64,000 nt of DNA from an uncultured Candidatus Saccharibacteria bacterium (GTDB taxonomy: Bacteria; Patescibacteriota; Saccharimonadia; Saccharimonadales; Saccharimonadaceae). A program made the translations under genes and the position numbers. The notes below the pieces were generated by a model. The model ran no database searches. It was not told where the DNA came from and worked only from the letters and a program-made list of their open reading frames with translations. The stretch is from assembly GCA_964554175.1 (NCBI GenBank), contig CAZKNA010000001.1, positions 46 to 64,045 on the forward strand. Reading direction: 5' to 3'. Shown piece after piece: positions 18,126 through 28,412 of this stretch (position 1 is its first letter; every line of letters starts with the position of its first letter).

Positions 18126-18183
18126 AAAATATAACCTTTCTTCTTATGGTTATATTATAACATAAGCGGAGCTGGTTTTAATA

Positions 18184-20439
18184 TTATTTCTTGCGGAGGG
18201 GGAGGCGGCGGAGGATGGGGTTATTAGCGATAGTGCGGCCGCGGCGGATGTAGCGGCGAATGCGGGCTGGGTTTGGCGAATCGGCGCAAACTAGGTCGAG
18301 TAGCTTTGGCATTCTTTGCGTTTTTAAATACGAATTTAGGTAGCGATTTTTTCGGGAGACTGGGAAGTCGCGGAACTTTTCGCAGAAAAGTTTAATAAAC
18401 TTCTGACGCTTTGGAGCCTTTTCCTCGACAATGATCCAGATAAGCAAAGCCATAATTTGATGCGAAGTGAGCGTGCCGGAAATGATTTCAAATTTGCGGC
18501 GGTCTTTTATTTGGCTAAGGCAAAGCTTGATGGTGTCGAAAATGACAAAGCGGTCTTCGGAAAAAGCTTTGTTCTGAATGGAACCTTTGCGTTGGACGTA
18601 ATCGTAAAACGGAATCGGAATATAAACAATTTTGTTGCAATTTGCAATGACAAGCGGAACAACCGCGTCATCTTCATTGTTCTTGCCGACTGGAAATTCT
18701 ATTCCGTCAAATAATTCCCTCTTAAAAATCTTGTTCGCGCAGGTAGGAGCAAGCGGGACATCCATAAGACGGAGCAAAGTCTGGCTGGCTGGATGGTGGA
18801 TATTTTCCATTGGCGAAATTACGATTTCTTCTGGATTATAATAAAGGGCGACGTCGCAGTGGACAAGGTCGGCCTTTTCGGAGATTAGCTTTTTAAGCAT
18901 AGTAGGATAAGCGTAGCGGCTCATAAAATCATCTGAATCAAGGAAGGCGATAAAGCGGCCACGTGCAATTTTCAAGCCGGCGTTGCGGGCGGCAGAAAGA
19001 CCGCCATTTTGCTGGTCGATAAGATGGATGCGGGAATCTTTTTTCAAATATTCTTTACAAACTTCAAGAGATTTATCAGTGGAGCCGTCGTTAACCAAAA
19101 TAATTTCAGCTTTTTCTGGCAAATCTGCAAGTGCTGAGTCAATACATTTTGGTAGATATTTGGCGACATTGTAAATCGGAATAATAATGGAAAGCAAGAC
19201 TTCATCTTCAATATGGTGCTTCTTGCAAAGCTTGTTGAGGTCGATGTCATCATAATATAGTAAGTCCTCAGACAAATGCCATTGATTCTGCAACTGCTCG
19301 CGGCGGTTCTTAATGAGTCTCTTCATACGAACTGGCAATTTTACGTCTTTTGCGATGCTATCTTGAACAAAGACAATTTCCTTGTAGTGTGTAAAGTTGT
19401 CAGTGGTTTTTGAGACGCTGCCAGTGTGAGAGCGGTAATGGTTTAAAGATTCGGCGTTATAGGCAATCTTGCCGTGTAGAAGAATCTTAGAATAAAAATA
19501 CCAGTCGCCAGCAAGACGATATTCCCCAGCGGTAGCAAGGTAGCGACGGAATGGAACGGATTTTTTATTTCTGAAGACGACACCACTAACATTCGTGACA
19601 GTGTTGTTGACAGCCAAGTAGTTGCGAAGTTCATCTTTACCGTCGTTAATATAGCTGCGCTTCCAGTGGCCAGAATCATCATAGTCGATCCATTTTCTAT
19701 GATCTGCCATTAAGCGGCGCTTGCGCTCGTTGATCATGTCAGACTCGGCATAAGACAAAATAACATCCTGGTCTTTTTCAAAAGCCAGCATGATCTGCTT
19801 TAAAAAATACCGAGAGCAAAGGTCGTCTGCCTCACAAATCCAGATAAAATCACCAGTGGCATACTCGAAAGCCTTGGCCCATTGGTTAAAGACATTGCCG
19901 CTGTTTTTTTCATTAGGGATAAAGCGCGTTTTAAGATTTGGGTGAGTCTGTTTTAATTTTTCTAAACGTTCTTCGATAACTTCGGCACTGTTGTCTGTAG
20001 AGCAGTCATCTAAAATAATTAGTTCGGAAACTGTATATTTTTGGCTTACGATGCTGTCAATACGCTCGTTGATAAAGTCGGCATAATTGTAATTTGGGAT
20101 AATCGCGCTAACTTTCTTGAGGTTTTCCGGAAGAGGCGAAAAATACTTGCGGAAAGAAAAACCGGAGTGGCGATGGATGCGGAAAAGATCGTAAAGAAAT
20201 AGACCGATAAAAGCCGAGGCCGGTACAATAATAGCCAGGTTCAGAATTGAAATTTGAGGGCGAAAGAGCGGGGTGACCATATAAATGTATGTACAGAAAG
20301 TTAAGAAAATGAGTCCAGCATAGAAAAAATTCTTTTTTCGAAAACGGAAGATGCGGTCTAAGCGACGATAAAAAAGCTTGGCTATCATTAGCAAAATCGA
20401 AGCTATGGCTAGTGTACCAATAAAATCCAAAATACTCAT
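18184..20439 (-). CDS. Tandem double GT2 glycosyltransferase with N-terminal TM helices
   Basis: SAIIPNYN/DDCSTD/EADD and SIIIPIYN/NDGSTD/FLDSDD. Confidence 0.9.
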   Translation of the reverse strand: MSILDFIGTLAIASILLMIAKLFYRRLDRIFRFRKKNFFYAGLIFLTFCTYIYMVTPLFRPQISILNLAIIVPASAFIGLFLYDLFRIHRHSGFSFRKYFSPLPENLKKVSAIIPNYNYADFINERIDSIVSQKYTVSELIILDDCSTDNSAEVIEERLEKLKQTHPNLKTRFIPNEKNSGNVFNQWAKAFEYATGDFIWICEADDLCSRYFLKQIMLAFEKDQDVILSYAESDMINERKRRLMADHRKWIDYDDSGHWKRSYINDGKDELRNYLAVNNTVTNVSGVVFRNKKSVPFRRYLATAGEYRLAGDWYFYSKILLHGKIAYNAESLNHYRSHTGSVSKTTDNFTHYKEIVFVQDSIAKDVKLPVRMKRLIKNRREQLQNQWHLSEDLLYYDDIDLNKLCKKHHIEDEVLLSIIIPIYNVAKYLPKCIDSALADLPEKAEIILVNDGSTDKSLEVCKEYLKKDSRIHLIDQQNGGLSAARNAGLKIARGRFIAFLDSDDFMSRYAYPTMLKKLISEKADLVHCDVALYYNPEEIVISPMENIHHPASQTLLRLMDVPLAPTCANKIFKRELFDGIEFPVGKNNEDDAVVPLVIANCNKIVYIPIPFYDYVQRKGSIQNKAFSEDRFVIFDTIKLCLSQIKDRRKFEIISGTLTSHQIMALLIWIIVEEKAPKRQKFIKLFCEKFRDFPVSRKNRYLNSYLKTQRMPKLLDLVCADSPNPARIRRYIRRGRTIANNPILRRLPLRKK

Positions 20440-20482
20440 AATAACTCTTGTAATTATAGCATAGTTACACCCAAACTACAAT

Positions 20483-22417
20483 CTATTTGAACCAATACTG
20501 GTCACCACCTAAAATGTCATAATTCAAAAGTTCATAGGCCTTGGTAGCTTTACCGGACGGGGTTTTGTCGCCTAGATAGTAGGGAGTTAAAATCGGGTTC
20601 TCGGCGCAAGCATCGTGAACCAACATTTGCTCAGCGTTCAAGCGAAGATTTAAAACCCCAAGAAGCGTGTTGACGAGACAGTTTGGAGTAGTGGTCGGGA
20701 GAGTTTTAGATTCTGTATCCATTTCAAAATTAGCCCAAATGAAATATGGCGTGAGCTGGGTGAGCTTAATGGCGCGCTCGTCGCCAGTTTCGCGAGTCAA
20801 GGAGAAGATACCAGGTGCGTGATCGCCGTAAAACAGTACGACAGTTTTTTCGTCAAGATTTTTTAAATTATTTAGAAATTCACCAAGATAAAGATCGGAG
20901 CGATAGACAGACTCAAGATAGGCCAACAACTCATTTTTAAAGTTTTCATCCCAATCGTCTGCTAGAAATTCAAAATGATAATCTTCCTCGTTATAATTTG
21001 ATCTGTAATACGGTGCGTGATTTTGCATAGTGACGACACTAATCAACTGTTTTTGCTTGGAGCCCTTGAGCACATCCAATGTTTCTTCATAAATCGACTG
21101 GTCGTTGATATATTCAGAATTACCATCACGTTCTTGATGCTTCATTTCAGTTTCGGTGATAAAGGCATCGAAGCCCTCTTTCTTTAGAGCAAAATCGCGC
21201 TTGTACATACCGCCCGTGAAAGAGTGAATGGCAGTTGTTTTATATCCAGCAGATTTGGCATCTTTGGCAATTGAGATAATATTTTTAATTTTTGGTAGAA
21301 TATCTGTGTATGGGACTGTCTTGGCCCAATAATTTGAGAGGCTAGTATCCACCTCAAACTCAATGTTGGCGGTGCCACCACCATAATCAGTAGAGTACAT
21401 ATAGCCAGTAGGAGTTTCTTTCATTAATTTGCGAAAAGTTGGTAAAGGGTCGGCTCCAGAAAACGGATAATCCTCTTGAATAAGAGAACTATCATAGTAT
21501 GATTCGTTTAGTACAATAATAATGTTATAATCTTCGTTTTTTAGCTCGGTTTTACTGGCGTTAGGCTCTTTGTCGGCTTCCTTTTGGTAGCTAGATTTAA
21601 TCTTGGCAATTTCGGTCGCATTATAGTCTTTGGGCTTTTCAAGTGTGGCCTTATTGAGGTTGTAGAGAAAACCAAACAAGAAACCGTTTCGGGAATAATT
21701 GACGGTTTGATTCCAGGCGACAAAATCTGTGCCTTTTAGCCAACTAATCTTCTGGTAGGCGCCGGCCTCGTGGTTGATGATTGCGGTAGACGAAGCTAAA
21801 AAGCCCCAAAGCGCAAGTGGGATAATAATTATCCTGGGGATGGTGAAGTAGGCTATTTTGAAACCTATAAGTTTGCGACGACGAATTCTAGCTTTGTTAG
21901 TTTTCGGTTTTCTACGTGGGACTTTTGGAAGAGCCGGAGGAATACGTAGCAAATTATTGGTTAAATACTCAAGTAAAATACTTAACCCGACAGTGAGAAT
22001 AGAAGCAAGAATCACCCGCACCAACACACTCATATCAATAAACTTGGTTAGAGTGCCAGCCTGATCGCTCAACTGAAAATCTTCAGGGAGGAGCGGAGTG
22101 CCACGGAAGGACATTTTGGTATTATTAATATATGTGATGATAGTGATAATGACAAAGGTAATCCCAACAGCTAAAAATGGGCGGTGAAAAATACCATAAA
22201 GAAGCGCAACAAAACAAAAGATAATCAAAGCGGAATACCAAAAAACCATCGGCTTCTGATCCCAGAAAAGCCAGGCAGATTCGGGGCTGTTATCAGCTAC
22301 GCGATATTGTAGATACCACATAAGGAAAGTCGCCCCCAGAATAAGAATTCCCCAACGAATGAAAATAATATAAAGGGCCCTTCCAAAATTACGGAGAATC
22401 TTTTTGAAATTATCCAT
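20483..22417 (-). CDS. LTA synthase (LtaS)-family / sulfatase-fold phosphoglycerol transferase
   Basis: 5 TM; LNESY, GGGTANIEF, TMQNH, FYGDHAP. Confidence 0.88.
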   Translation of the reverse strand: MDNFKKILRNFGRALYIIFIRWGILILGATFLMWYLQYRVADNSPESAWLFWDQKPMVFWYSALIIFCFVALLYGIFHRPFLAVGITFVIITIITYINNTKMSFRGTPLLPEDFQLSDQAGTLTKFIDMSVLVRVILASILTVGLSILLEYLTNNLLRIPPALPKVPRRKPKTNKARIRRRKLIGFKIAYFTIPRIIIIPLALWGFLASSTAIINHEAGAYQKISWLKGTDFVAWNQTVNYSRNGFLFGFLYNLNKATLEKPKDYNATEIAKIKSSYQKEADKEPNASKTELKNEDYNIIIVLNESYYDSSLIQEDYPFSGADPLPTFRKLMKETPTGYMYSTDYGGGTANIEFEVDTSLSNYWAKTVPYTDILPKIKNIISIAKDAKSAGYKTTAIHSFTGGMYKRDFALKKEGFDAFITETEMKHQERDGNSEYINDQSIYEETLDVLKGSKQKQLISVVTMQNHAPYYRSNYNEEDYHFEFLADDWDENFKNELLAYLESVYRSDLYLGEFLNNLKNLDEKTVVLFYGDHAPGIFSLTRETGDERAIKLTQLTPYFIWANFEMDTESKTLPTTTPNCLVNTLLGVLNLRLNAEQMLVHDACAENPILTPYYLGDKTPSGKATKAYELLNYDILGGDQYWFK

Positions 22418-22439
22418 AAGTCTATTATATCACATCTCT

Positions 22440-23951
22440 CTAGGGCTCCCAAACGAACTCTGTGTCTTGTGGTAACCCGTAGTAATATTTTATTAGCGTA
22501 ATGGCATAGTCATTGGTCCAAGGGGGAGTGGTGCCGTGGGTAGTATTCGCCCATTTTTTAAGCGTGATTACTGAACTTCCATTGGAGTTTCTGAGGGCAT
22601 TGTCATTATATTTTTGAGCGCTATCGTTCTGATAAAACCCGTAGATTACCGTGCTGGAATTAATCAGCGCAAGACCGATAACCGCAATGGCAAAATCTTT
22701 AGGTTGAATTTGTTGGATAATGGCCGCCATCAAAAGCCCCATAGTCAGCCAAAATGCTAGTGCTCCGCGATAGGGGAAATATGGAGCCATTACCATCATC
22801 CCCGTAGCAAGAATGGCACCAAATATCATAAATATAAACTCTATTCGCTGTGCTCTTAAGAAATAAATAACATAATTTATAACAAGTAAAATTGCCCAAA
22901 TAGCCATAGCGGCAATAGCCCAAACTTCAAGCAGGGGTGAGTCGCTGTACCGAATCAAAATTAAGGTGGCAACTAGGAAGGTCCAAACAGAAGATACTAG
23001 ACAAAGTTTTTTCATATTGCGATTTTGATAAATCACATAGAGACTAACGATGACGAGTATAATGACGAGAAAAATGTTAGTGCCACCAAAGGTGCCGTCC
23101 ATAATTAATGGTGTATTTTGTTTGATTTTACCAAAGAGGCTTAGCTGATAAAATTCGCTAGTGTCGTGAATTCGGGCAAGCTGGCCAGGCGAAAACATTA
23201 GTAGACAGAAGCCAAGTATGCCCATAATAAGTGTGTAGACATTAGACCAACCGATTCCCTGCGCTTGGAATTCGTAACCAAATTTTTTGGAGAGAAACTC
23301 TTTCATCTTGGCAAAGCGAGCCTTTTTGCTCCAGAGCCATCGCCAGATAAAACTTAAGGAAAGTACAGTCATAACAAGAACTGCTATTTGTTCTTGTGAC
23401 CAAGTAGCAGCGAGAACGAGGATGCCGCCAAGGATTTTATGATTATTTCTGATAGCAAGGATTGCGCCTAACGCCGGCAGTAAGGGGAAAATATAGGAAA
23501 CTGAAGCAGCCGGCCATAGAACACCGTCTGAAATAATACTTGCTTGTAAGAGGCCAAAAACCGAGCAGATTAATGCCGCAAGCCAGGGGCTATCTTTATC
23601 TTTCTTCTTTACAACTTTGTAGCCGAGAATGACGATACCGAGAATGACAAGACTTTGAACTATCCTAAAGACTGGCAAACCGAGCCTGAGTAATGGTACG
23701 AGAAAAACAAAATACGGACGACCTGCCCAATTCATATAGTGATACCACAAAAACTGCGCAACATCGCCAGAATCTGCCTCTGGGCCGACCGTCCAACTTT
23801 GTTCACCGAGGTAGCTGAGCGACGCGTAACCGTAATCATCATAATACATCCACATAAAGTGGTGTAAAACTAACAAGATAATGAAGAAAATAGCAAAAAC
23901 GAGCAGAACCTGTTTTTTAGCTTTGCTCATATTTTGAAACTTCCTAAACAT
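22440..23951 (-). CDS. Multi-TM GT-C-like membrane protein (DUF6056-like)
   Basis: DDY near N-terminus, 'HYMNWAGR', FSPG motif, many TMs. Confidence 0.65.
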   Translation of the reverse strand: MFRKFQNMSKAKKQVLLVFAIFFIILLVLHHFMWMYYDDYGYASLSYLGEQSWTVGPEADSGDVAQFLWYHYMNWAGRPYFVFLVPLLRLGLPVFRIVQSLVILGIVILGYKVVKKKDKDSPWLAALICSVFGLLQASIISDGVLWPAASVSYIFPLLPALGAILAIRNNHKILGGILVLAATWSQEQIAVLVMTVLSLSFIWRWLWSKKARFAKMKEFLSKKFGYEFQAQGIGWSNVYTLIMGILGFCLLMFSPGQLARIHDTSEFYQLSLFGKIKQNTPLIMDGTFGGTNIFLVIILVIVSLYVIYQNRNMKKLCLVSSVWTFLVATLILIRYSDSPLLEVWAIAAMAIWAILLVINYVIYFLRAQRIEFIFMIFGAILATGMMVMAPYFPYRGALAFWLTMGLLMAAIIQQIQPKDFAIAVIGLALINSSTVIYGFYQNDSAQKYNDNALRNSNGSSVITLKKWANTTHGTTPPWTNDYAITLIKYYYGLPQDTEFVWEP

Positions 23952-24023
23952 TTAACTCATTATAAATAATTACCAGGAGAAAATCAAGTGACACGAAGTT
24001 TTAAATATGATACAATATTACTT

Positions 24024-24827
24024 ATGGAAGGTCTAAGAAACCGCAAAAATAGAGTCCTCCTTAGGGAGCTTATTAAGACCGACTTTAAACTTCGCTATCA
24101 GGGTTCAGCGTTAGGATATCTTTGGGCGCTTTTGAAACCCCTTTTGATGTTTGCGATTTTGTATGTTGTCTTTTCAAAGATTTTGAGATTTGGTGGCGAA
24201 ATCCCGCATTATCCAGTTTATCTTTTGACTGGGACGGTGCTTTGGAGCTTCTTCACAGAATGTACTTTCCAAGGGATTCACGCAATTGAAAACCGTGGGG
24301 AGTTGATTAGGAAGATTAGTTTTCCAAAATATATCGTCGTACTATCGGCAACATCTACTGCTGTGATTAATATGTTGATAAACGTTGGTGTGATTTTTAT
24401 ATTCGCATTGATAAATGGTTGTACTCCTTCCCTTTCTTGGCTTTTAATTATCCCTTCTTTGATTGAACTTTACGCCTTGGCGCTCGGGATTTCACTTTGG
24501 CTCGGGGCGATTAATGTCCGGCTTCGCGATATTGGTTCAATTTGGGAAGTTTTGACGCAAGCATTGTTTTACGCCGTTCCGATTATTTATCCAATTTCAA
24601 TGGTGACAAATGTTTCGTCCACGGCGGCAAACATTATCCTCGTGAACCCAATTTCGCAAGTGATTCAAGACGTGCGCTATAATGTTGTAACCGACCAGAC
24701 AGTCACAACTTGGGGCTATACTGGCGTGGTTTGGGGGCTGGTTTCAGTATTAATTGTAATCGCTATCTTGGTATTTGGAGCGCTATACTTTAAGAAAAAG
24801 TCGCGCAGATTTGCGGAGGAGGTCTAA
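24024..24827 (+). CDS. Polysaccharide ABC exporter permease (Wzm/RgpC/TagG-like)
   Basis: DFKLRYQGSALGYLWALLKPL, FYAVPIIYP; start at ATG 24024. Confidence 0.9.
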   Translation: MEGLRNRKNRVLLRELIKTDFKLRYQGSALGYLWALLKPLLMFAILYVVFSKILRFGGEIPHYPVYLLTGTVLWSFFTECTFQGIHAIENRGELIRKISFPKYIVVLSATSTAVINMLINVGVIFIFALINGCTPSLSWLLIIPSLIELYALALGISLWLGAINVRLRDIGSIWEVLTQALFYAVPIIYPISMVTNVSSTAANIILVNPISQVIQDVRYNVVTDQTVTTWGYTGVVWGLVSVLIVIAILVFGALYFKKKSRRFAEEV

Positions 24828-25622
24828 ATGAGTTTGAAGGATAAATATCTACAGAAAATGAGCAAAGAAGCTCGTGAAGAGCTAGAACAAGATGATTACG
24901 CACTCAAGGTGACAGACCTTCACAAAGATTTCAAACTCCCGACTGAGAGAGCTTGGGGGCTGAAGCAAGCCATCTTTAATCGCATCAAGGGTGTCAAAGG
25001 GTTTCGGACCCAGCACGTGCTACGCGGAATCAATTTTACCGTGGAGAAAGGCGAGTTTCTGGGTATTGTAGGGCGGAACGGAAGCGGGAAATCTACCCTG
25101 CTAAAAGTCTTGGCTGGAATCTATGTCCCAGAAAAAGGTTCTGTAAAAGTAAACGGCAACCTAGTGCCTTTTATTGAACTTGGGGTTGGGTTTAACCCAG
25201 AGTTGACTGGGCGAGAAAATGTTTATTTAAACGGTGCTCTGCTCGGATTCTCGAATGCCGAAATGGATAAAATGTATGATGACATCGTAGATTTTGCCGA
25301 ACTCCGTGATTTTATGGACCAGAAGCTCAAAAACTATTCTTCTGGAATGCAGGTGCGCCTGGCTTTCTCGATTGCGATTCGCGCACGTGGTGATATTCTG
25401 ATTTTGGATGAGGTGCTGGCGGTTGGTGATGCGGCATTCCAGGAAAAATGTAACGAATACTTTAAGAGTCTACACGGCCAACAAACGGTCATCTTGGTAA
25501 CTCACGATATGGGTAATGTAGAAAGATTCTGCGACCGCGCAATCTTGATTGAAGACGGTGTAATTGCTTGTGAAGGCAAGCCTGAAAAAGTTACCAAAGC
25601 CTATATGAAACTTTGGGAATAA
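24828..25622 (+). CDS. Polysaccharide ABC exporter ATPase (Wzt/RgpD/TagH-like)
   Basis: GRNGSGKST, YSSGMQVRLAF, ILDEVLAVGD. Confidence 0.92.
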   Translation: MSLKDKYLQKMSKEAREELEQDDYALKVTDLHKDFKLPTERAWGLKQAIFNRIKGVKGFRTQHVLRGINFTVEKGEFLGIVGRNGSGKSTLLKVLAGIYVPEKGSVKVNGNLVPFIELGVGFNPELTGRENVYLNGALLGFSNAEMDKMYDDIVDFAELRDFMDQKLKNYSSGMQVRLAFSIAIRARGDILILDEVLAVGDAAFQEKCNEYFKSLHGQQTVILVTHDMGNVERFCDRAILIEDGVIACEGKPEKVTKAYMKLWE

Positions 25623-25623
25623 C

Positions 25624-26592
25624 TTATTCGTGAATTATTTTTCGGAAAGTTTTATAAGATATCGGCGTTTTTAATAGAGTGAGATAGAGTTTAAGTTTTT
25701 TGGTGAGATATGGGTTTGATTTATACAATTTGCGGGAGGTATTGATTTCCTGAATGGTTTCTTGCCAAAGTTTTTTGTTATGAATTTTACCCGAAGCGAT
25801 ATTGTCAAGATAAGCAAATCTTACGAGCAGGAGAGATATTTCAGCAGCGGATTTTAGTGCGGGGTCGTTTTTGAAATAGGAGATGGCTTCTCTAGCAGCC
25901 CGTTCTTTGATTTTCAGACGAGCAAGTAAATCTTGCTCGGCCATAATTGAACCAGGGCGCTTACGATAATAGTAGAGTTTGTCTTTGATATAGGCCACAG
26001 AAGTCGCTTCGGCAAATAATTTATAGGTAGTGAGATTATCTTCGTGAAGCTCGCCGATGGGAAATTTAATATTTTCAAATAGCTCCTTTTTGAAAAGTTT
26101 ATTACAGACTATGATATCGCGATTTTCTTGGCCGACAAGAAGTGTAATAACAGCGGCCTCTTTTTTCTTTACTTCTGGTCTAGAAACGGCTTTTTCATCT
26201 GGAATTTGGTTTAAAAATTCTATGATTTCGCAGACGGCAAGGTCGGAAGAAGTATTTTCTAATGCGCCATAAAGAGCTGACAAGAAACTTTTTGCGATAA
26301 GGTCGTCACCATCAATAAAAGCAAGGTAGTTTCCTTTGGCTTTTTTGATACCAGTATTTCGCGCTGCCGATAAGCCGGCATTTTTTTGGTGAACGACTGA
26401 AATTTGATCAAATTTTTTCTGATATTCATCGGCGATTTTGGAAGTTTGGTCGGTGGAGCCATCATCTACGATAACGATTTCAAAATTTTCAAAATCTTGG
26501 GCCAAAATTGAATCAAGACAAGGCGCAAGATATTTTTCAATATTGTAAGCCGGGACGATGACAGAGATTTCTAAATCTTTTTGAGCTGCCAT
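25624..26592 (-). CDS. Glycosyltransferase family 2
   Basis: SVIVPAYN, DDGSTD, GLSAARN, FIDGDD, HED. Confidence 0.92.
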   Translation of the reverse strand: MAAQKDLEISVIVPAYNIEKYLAPCLDSILAQDFENFEIVIVDDGSTDQTSKIADEYQKKFDQISVVHQKNAGLSAARNTGIKKAKGNYLAFIDGDDLIAKSFLSALYGALENTSSDLAVCEIIEFLNQIPDEKAVSRPEVKKKEAAVITLLVGQENRDIIVCNKLFKKELFENIKFPIGELHEDNLTTYKLFAEATSVAYIKDKLYYYRKRPGSIMAEQDLLARLKIKERAAREAISYFKNDPALKSAAEISLLLVRFAYLDNIASGKIHNKKLWQETIQEINTSRKLYKSNPYLTKKLKLYLTLLKTPISYKTFRKIIHE

Positions 26593-28412
26593 TTTGTAGT
26601 ATTTCCAGTTCTGTTATAAATCACTATTTTATCAAGTGATGCTGGCGTAGTACTTAAAGTAGTAAGTGGTTTGCCGGAACAGACTGAATTGATGGAATAT
26701 CCATCAGTGCCTTTGGTGATTTTCCATTTTTGATTACAGCCAGAGTGCCCCGGATAAAGCAAAACTCTGGTGCCATCAGCTGTCTTGGAACTATCTACAT
26801 CAACCGACATACCAGTCGCCGGGTTGACGATGCGGAAAGAGTTGGTGGCCTCATCATACTGGAAGGAGAAAGTTTGATTGGCATTATTAGTAGTTCTAGC
26901 TTCGTAAGCGATAGTGCTATAAAGTGGTTTGATGGCAGTAACGCCACCAGAAATATCAATAGTCAAAGACGAATTAGCGGCATTTAAAATCTGGAACTTG
27001 TCGCCGCTATTTATAGAAACGGCAGTTGCGGGGATTTCTTCAGTACCCCACAATTGGTTGTTACTTCCGGTGTAGGTTTTAATTACTAGCTTGCCGTTTT
27101 CAGCTGTGAGCGCTTTGCCGGAGCACGCAGATAGAACGACGTATTTACCTTTGCTTTCTTTGATGGTCCATTTCTGGTTACAGCCGATATGGCCGGTCCA
27201 AAGTAAAACTTCTGCGCCGTCTTTAGAACTTGCGCCAGAAACGTCAAGGCGGAGGTTTGAAGTTGGGTTTACTATATAATAATACTGTTCAGAGGCGTCA
27301 TATTTAAACATAAAAGATTGGTTTAAGATGTTCGTGTCTCGCTTTTGGTAAATCAATAAAGAGCCAGATTTAGAATTTGCCGATACACCACCGCTTATAT
27401 CAATGGTTTTCTTGGTATTGCTACTTGGAACTATTTGATACTTTTTTGAAGCATCCAGAGATTCTAGAGCTGGTAGTTTTTCGGTGACAGTGTTTGTATT
27501 GAAGGAGCCACCGGCGCGAGGATTGCCGAACCAGTCTGAGTAGAGGAGGAAGAAGTTGCGGTTGCCGTAGGCGCCGCAACCATCGCCAGTTACGCCATAG
27601 CCGGCGGCAAGAGCGGCAGAGTTTGGCTGGTATGGGGTGTAGCGATAGAGGGCGGAGGTCGCAAGGTTTTCTATTTTGACTTTGCTGCCGCCGCAACCCG
27701 GGTTAGGGTTGTACTGAATGTAGTTTGTGCCAAGTGGGAAGTTAGTCCAACCGCCACTTAGAACAGTATGAAATAGATACGCAGCATTACCAAGCTGGGC
27801 TTCTAGCCCATAGTATTTAGAATCGCAGGCCGCCGTATCGGGACAGCCATAGCCAGTCGCGGCGCGATACTGAACTTCGTATGGGAACTTATCTGTAATT
27901 AAACTCTGCTCCTTTTCAAGTAGCACAATTAAAACCTTTGGGTTAATTTTGAAAGTTTGAGCTGCGTCCCAAATGTGGTAAGCGGCAGAGCGACCGTTAA
28001 AGCTTTCGTCTGCCATACAGACAAAATGGCCGTCTTTAACATGATAAAGACCACTTGATGAGCCGAAATAGTAGCGGCGATTGTATGTTACCCCGTGTTT
28101 AGTGATATTGACATTCTCATAGCGCGAAGCCCCCACCGCCGAAGGCTCAGCGGACATATTACAAGCATTTTTAGACTTCAGGAAAGCTTGGATTTGATCA
28201 ATGGTCATAGAATTATAATCGGACATAACGGCATCAGACATAATATTGCCAGCTTTAAAATCTTTGGTGCTAGCCGCTTCGGTTTTATCTTGATTTGAAG
28301 TTGAAAGAAAAGCAAGGGTCGCCGAAAAAACAAAGGCGAAAAGACAAAATACTAATATGCGGGTCCTGCCGTTTCTGGTCTTTGTGCCGATAGGAAAACT
28401 TGTTTCTATCAT
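26571..28412 (-). CDS. Secreted protein: actinobacterial-type putative wall-hydrolase domain + two ricin-B lectin domains
   Basis: Signal/TM; INPKVLIVLLEKEQ, GYGCPDTAACD, LYRYTPYQPN, YGNRNF; repeated GCNQKW / NQLW (QxW) motifs. Confidence 0.7.
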   Translation of the reverse strand: MIETSFPIGTKTRNGRTRILVFCLFAFVFSATLAFLSTSNQDKTEAASTKDFKAGNIMSDAVMSDYNSMTIDQIQAFLKSKNACNMSAEPSAVGASRYENVNITKHGVTYNRRYYFGSSSGLYHVKDGHFVCMADESFNGRSAAYHIWDAAQTFKINPKVLIVLLEKEQSLITDKFPYEVQYRAATGYGCPDTAACDSKYYGLEAQLGNAAYLFHTVLSGGWTNFPLGTNYIQYNPNPGCGGSKVKIENLATSALYRYTPYQPNSAALAAGYGVTGDGCGAYGNRNFFLLYSDWFGNPRAGGSFNTNTVTEKLPALESLDASKKYQIVPSSNTKKTIDISGGVSANSKSGSLLIYQKRDTNILNQSFMFKYDASEQYYYIVNPTSNLRLDVSGASSKDGAEVLLWTGHIGCNQKWTIKESKGKYVVLSACSGKALTAENGKLVIKTYTGSNNQLWGTEEIPATAVSINSGDKFQILNAANSSLTIDISGGVTAIKPLYSTIAYEARTTNNANQTFSFQYDEATNSFRIVNPATGMSVDVDSSKTADGTRVLLYPGHSGCNQKWKITKGTDGYSINSVCSGKPLTTLSTTPASLDKIVIYNRTGNTTKWQLKKI

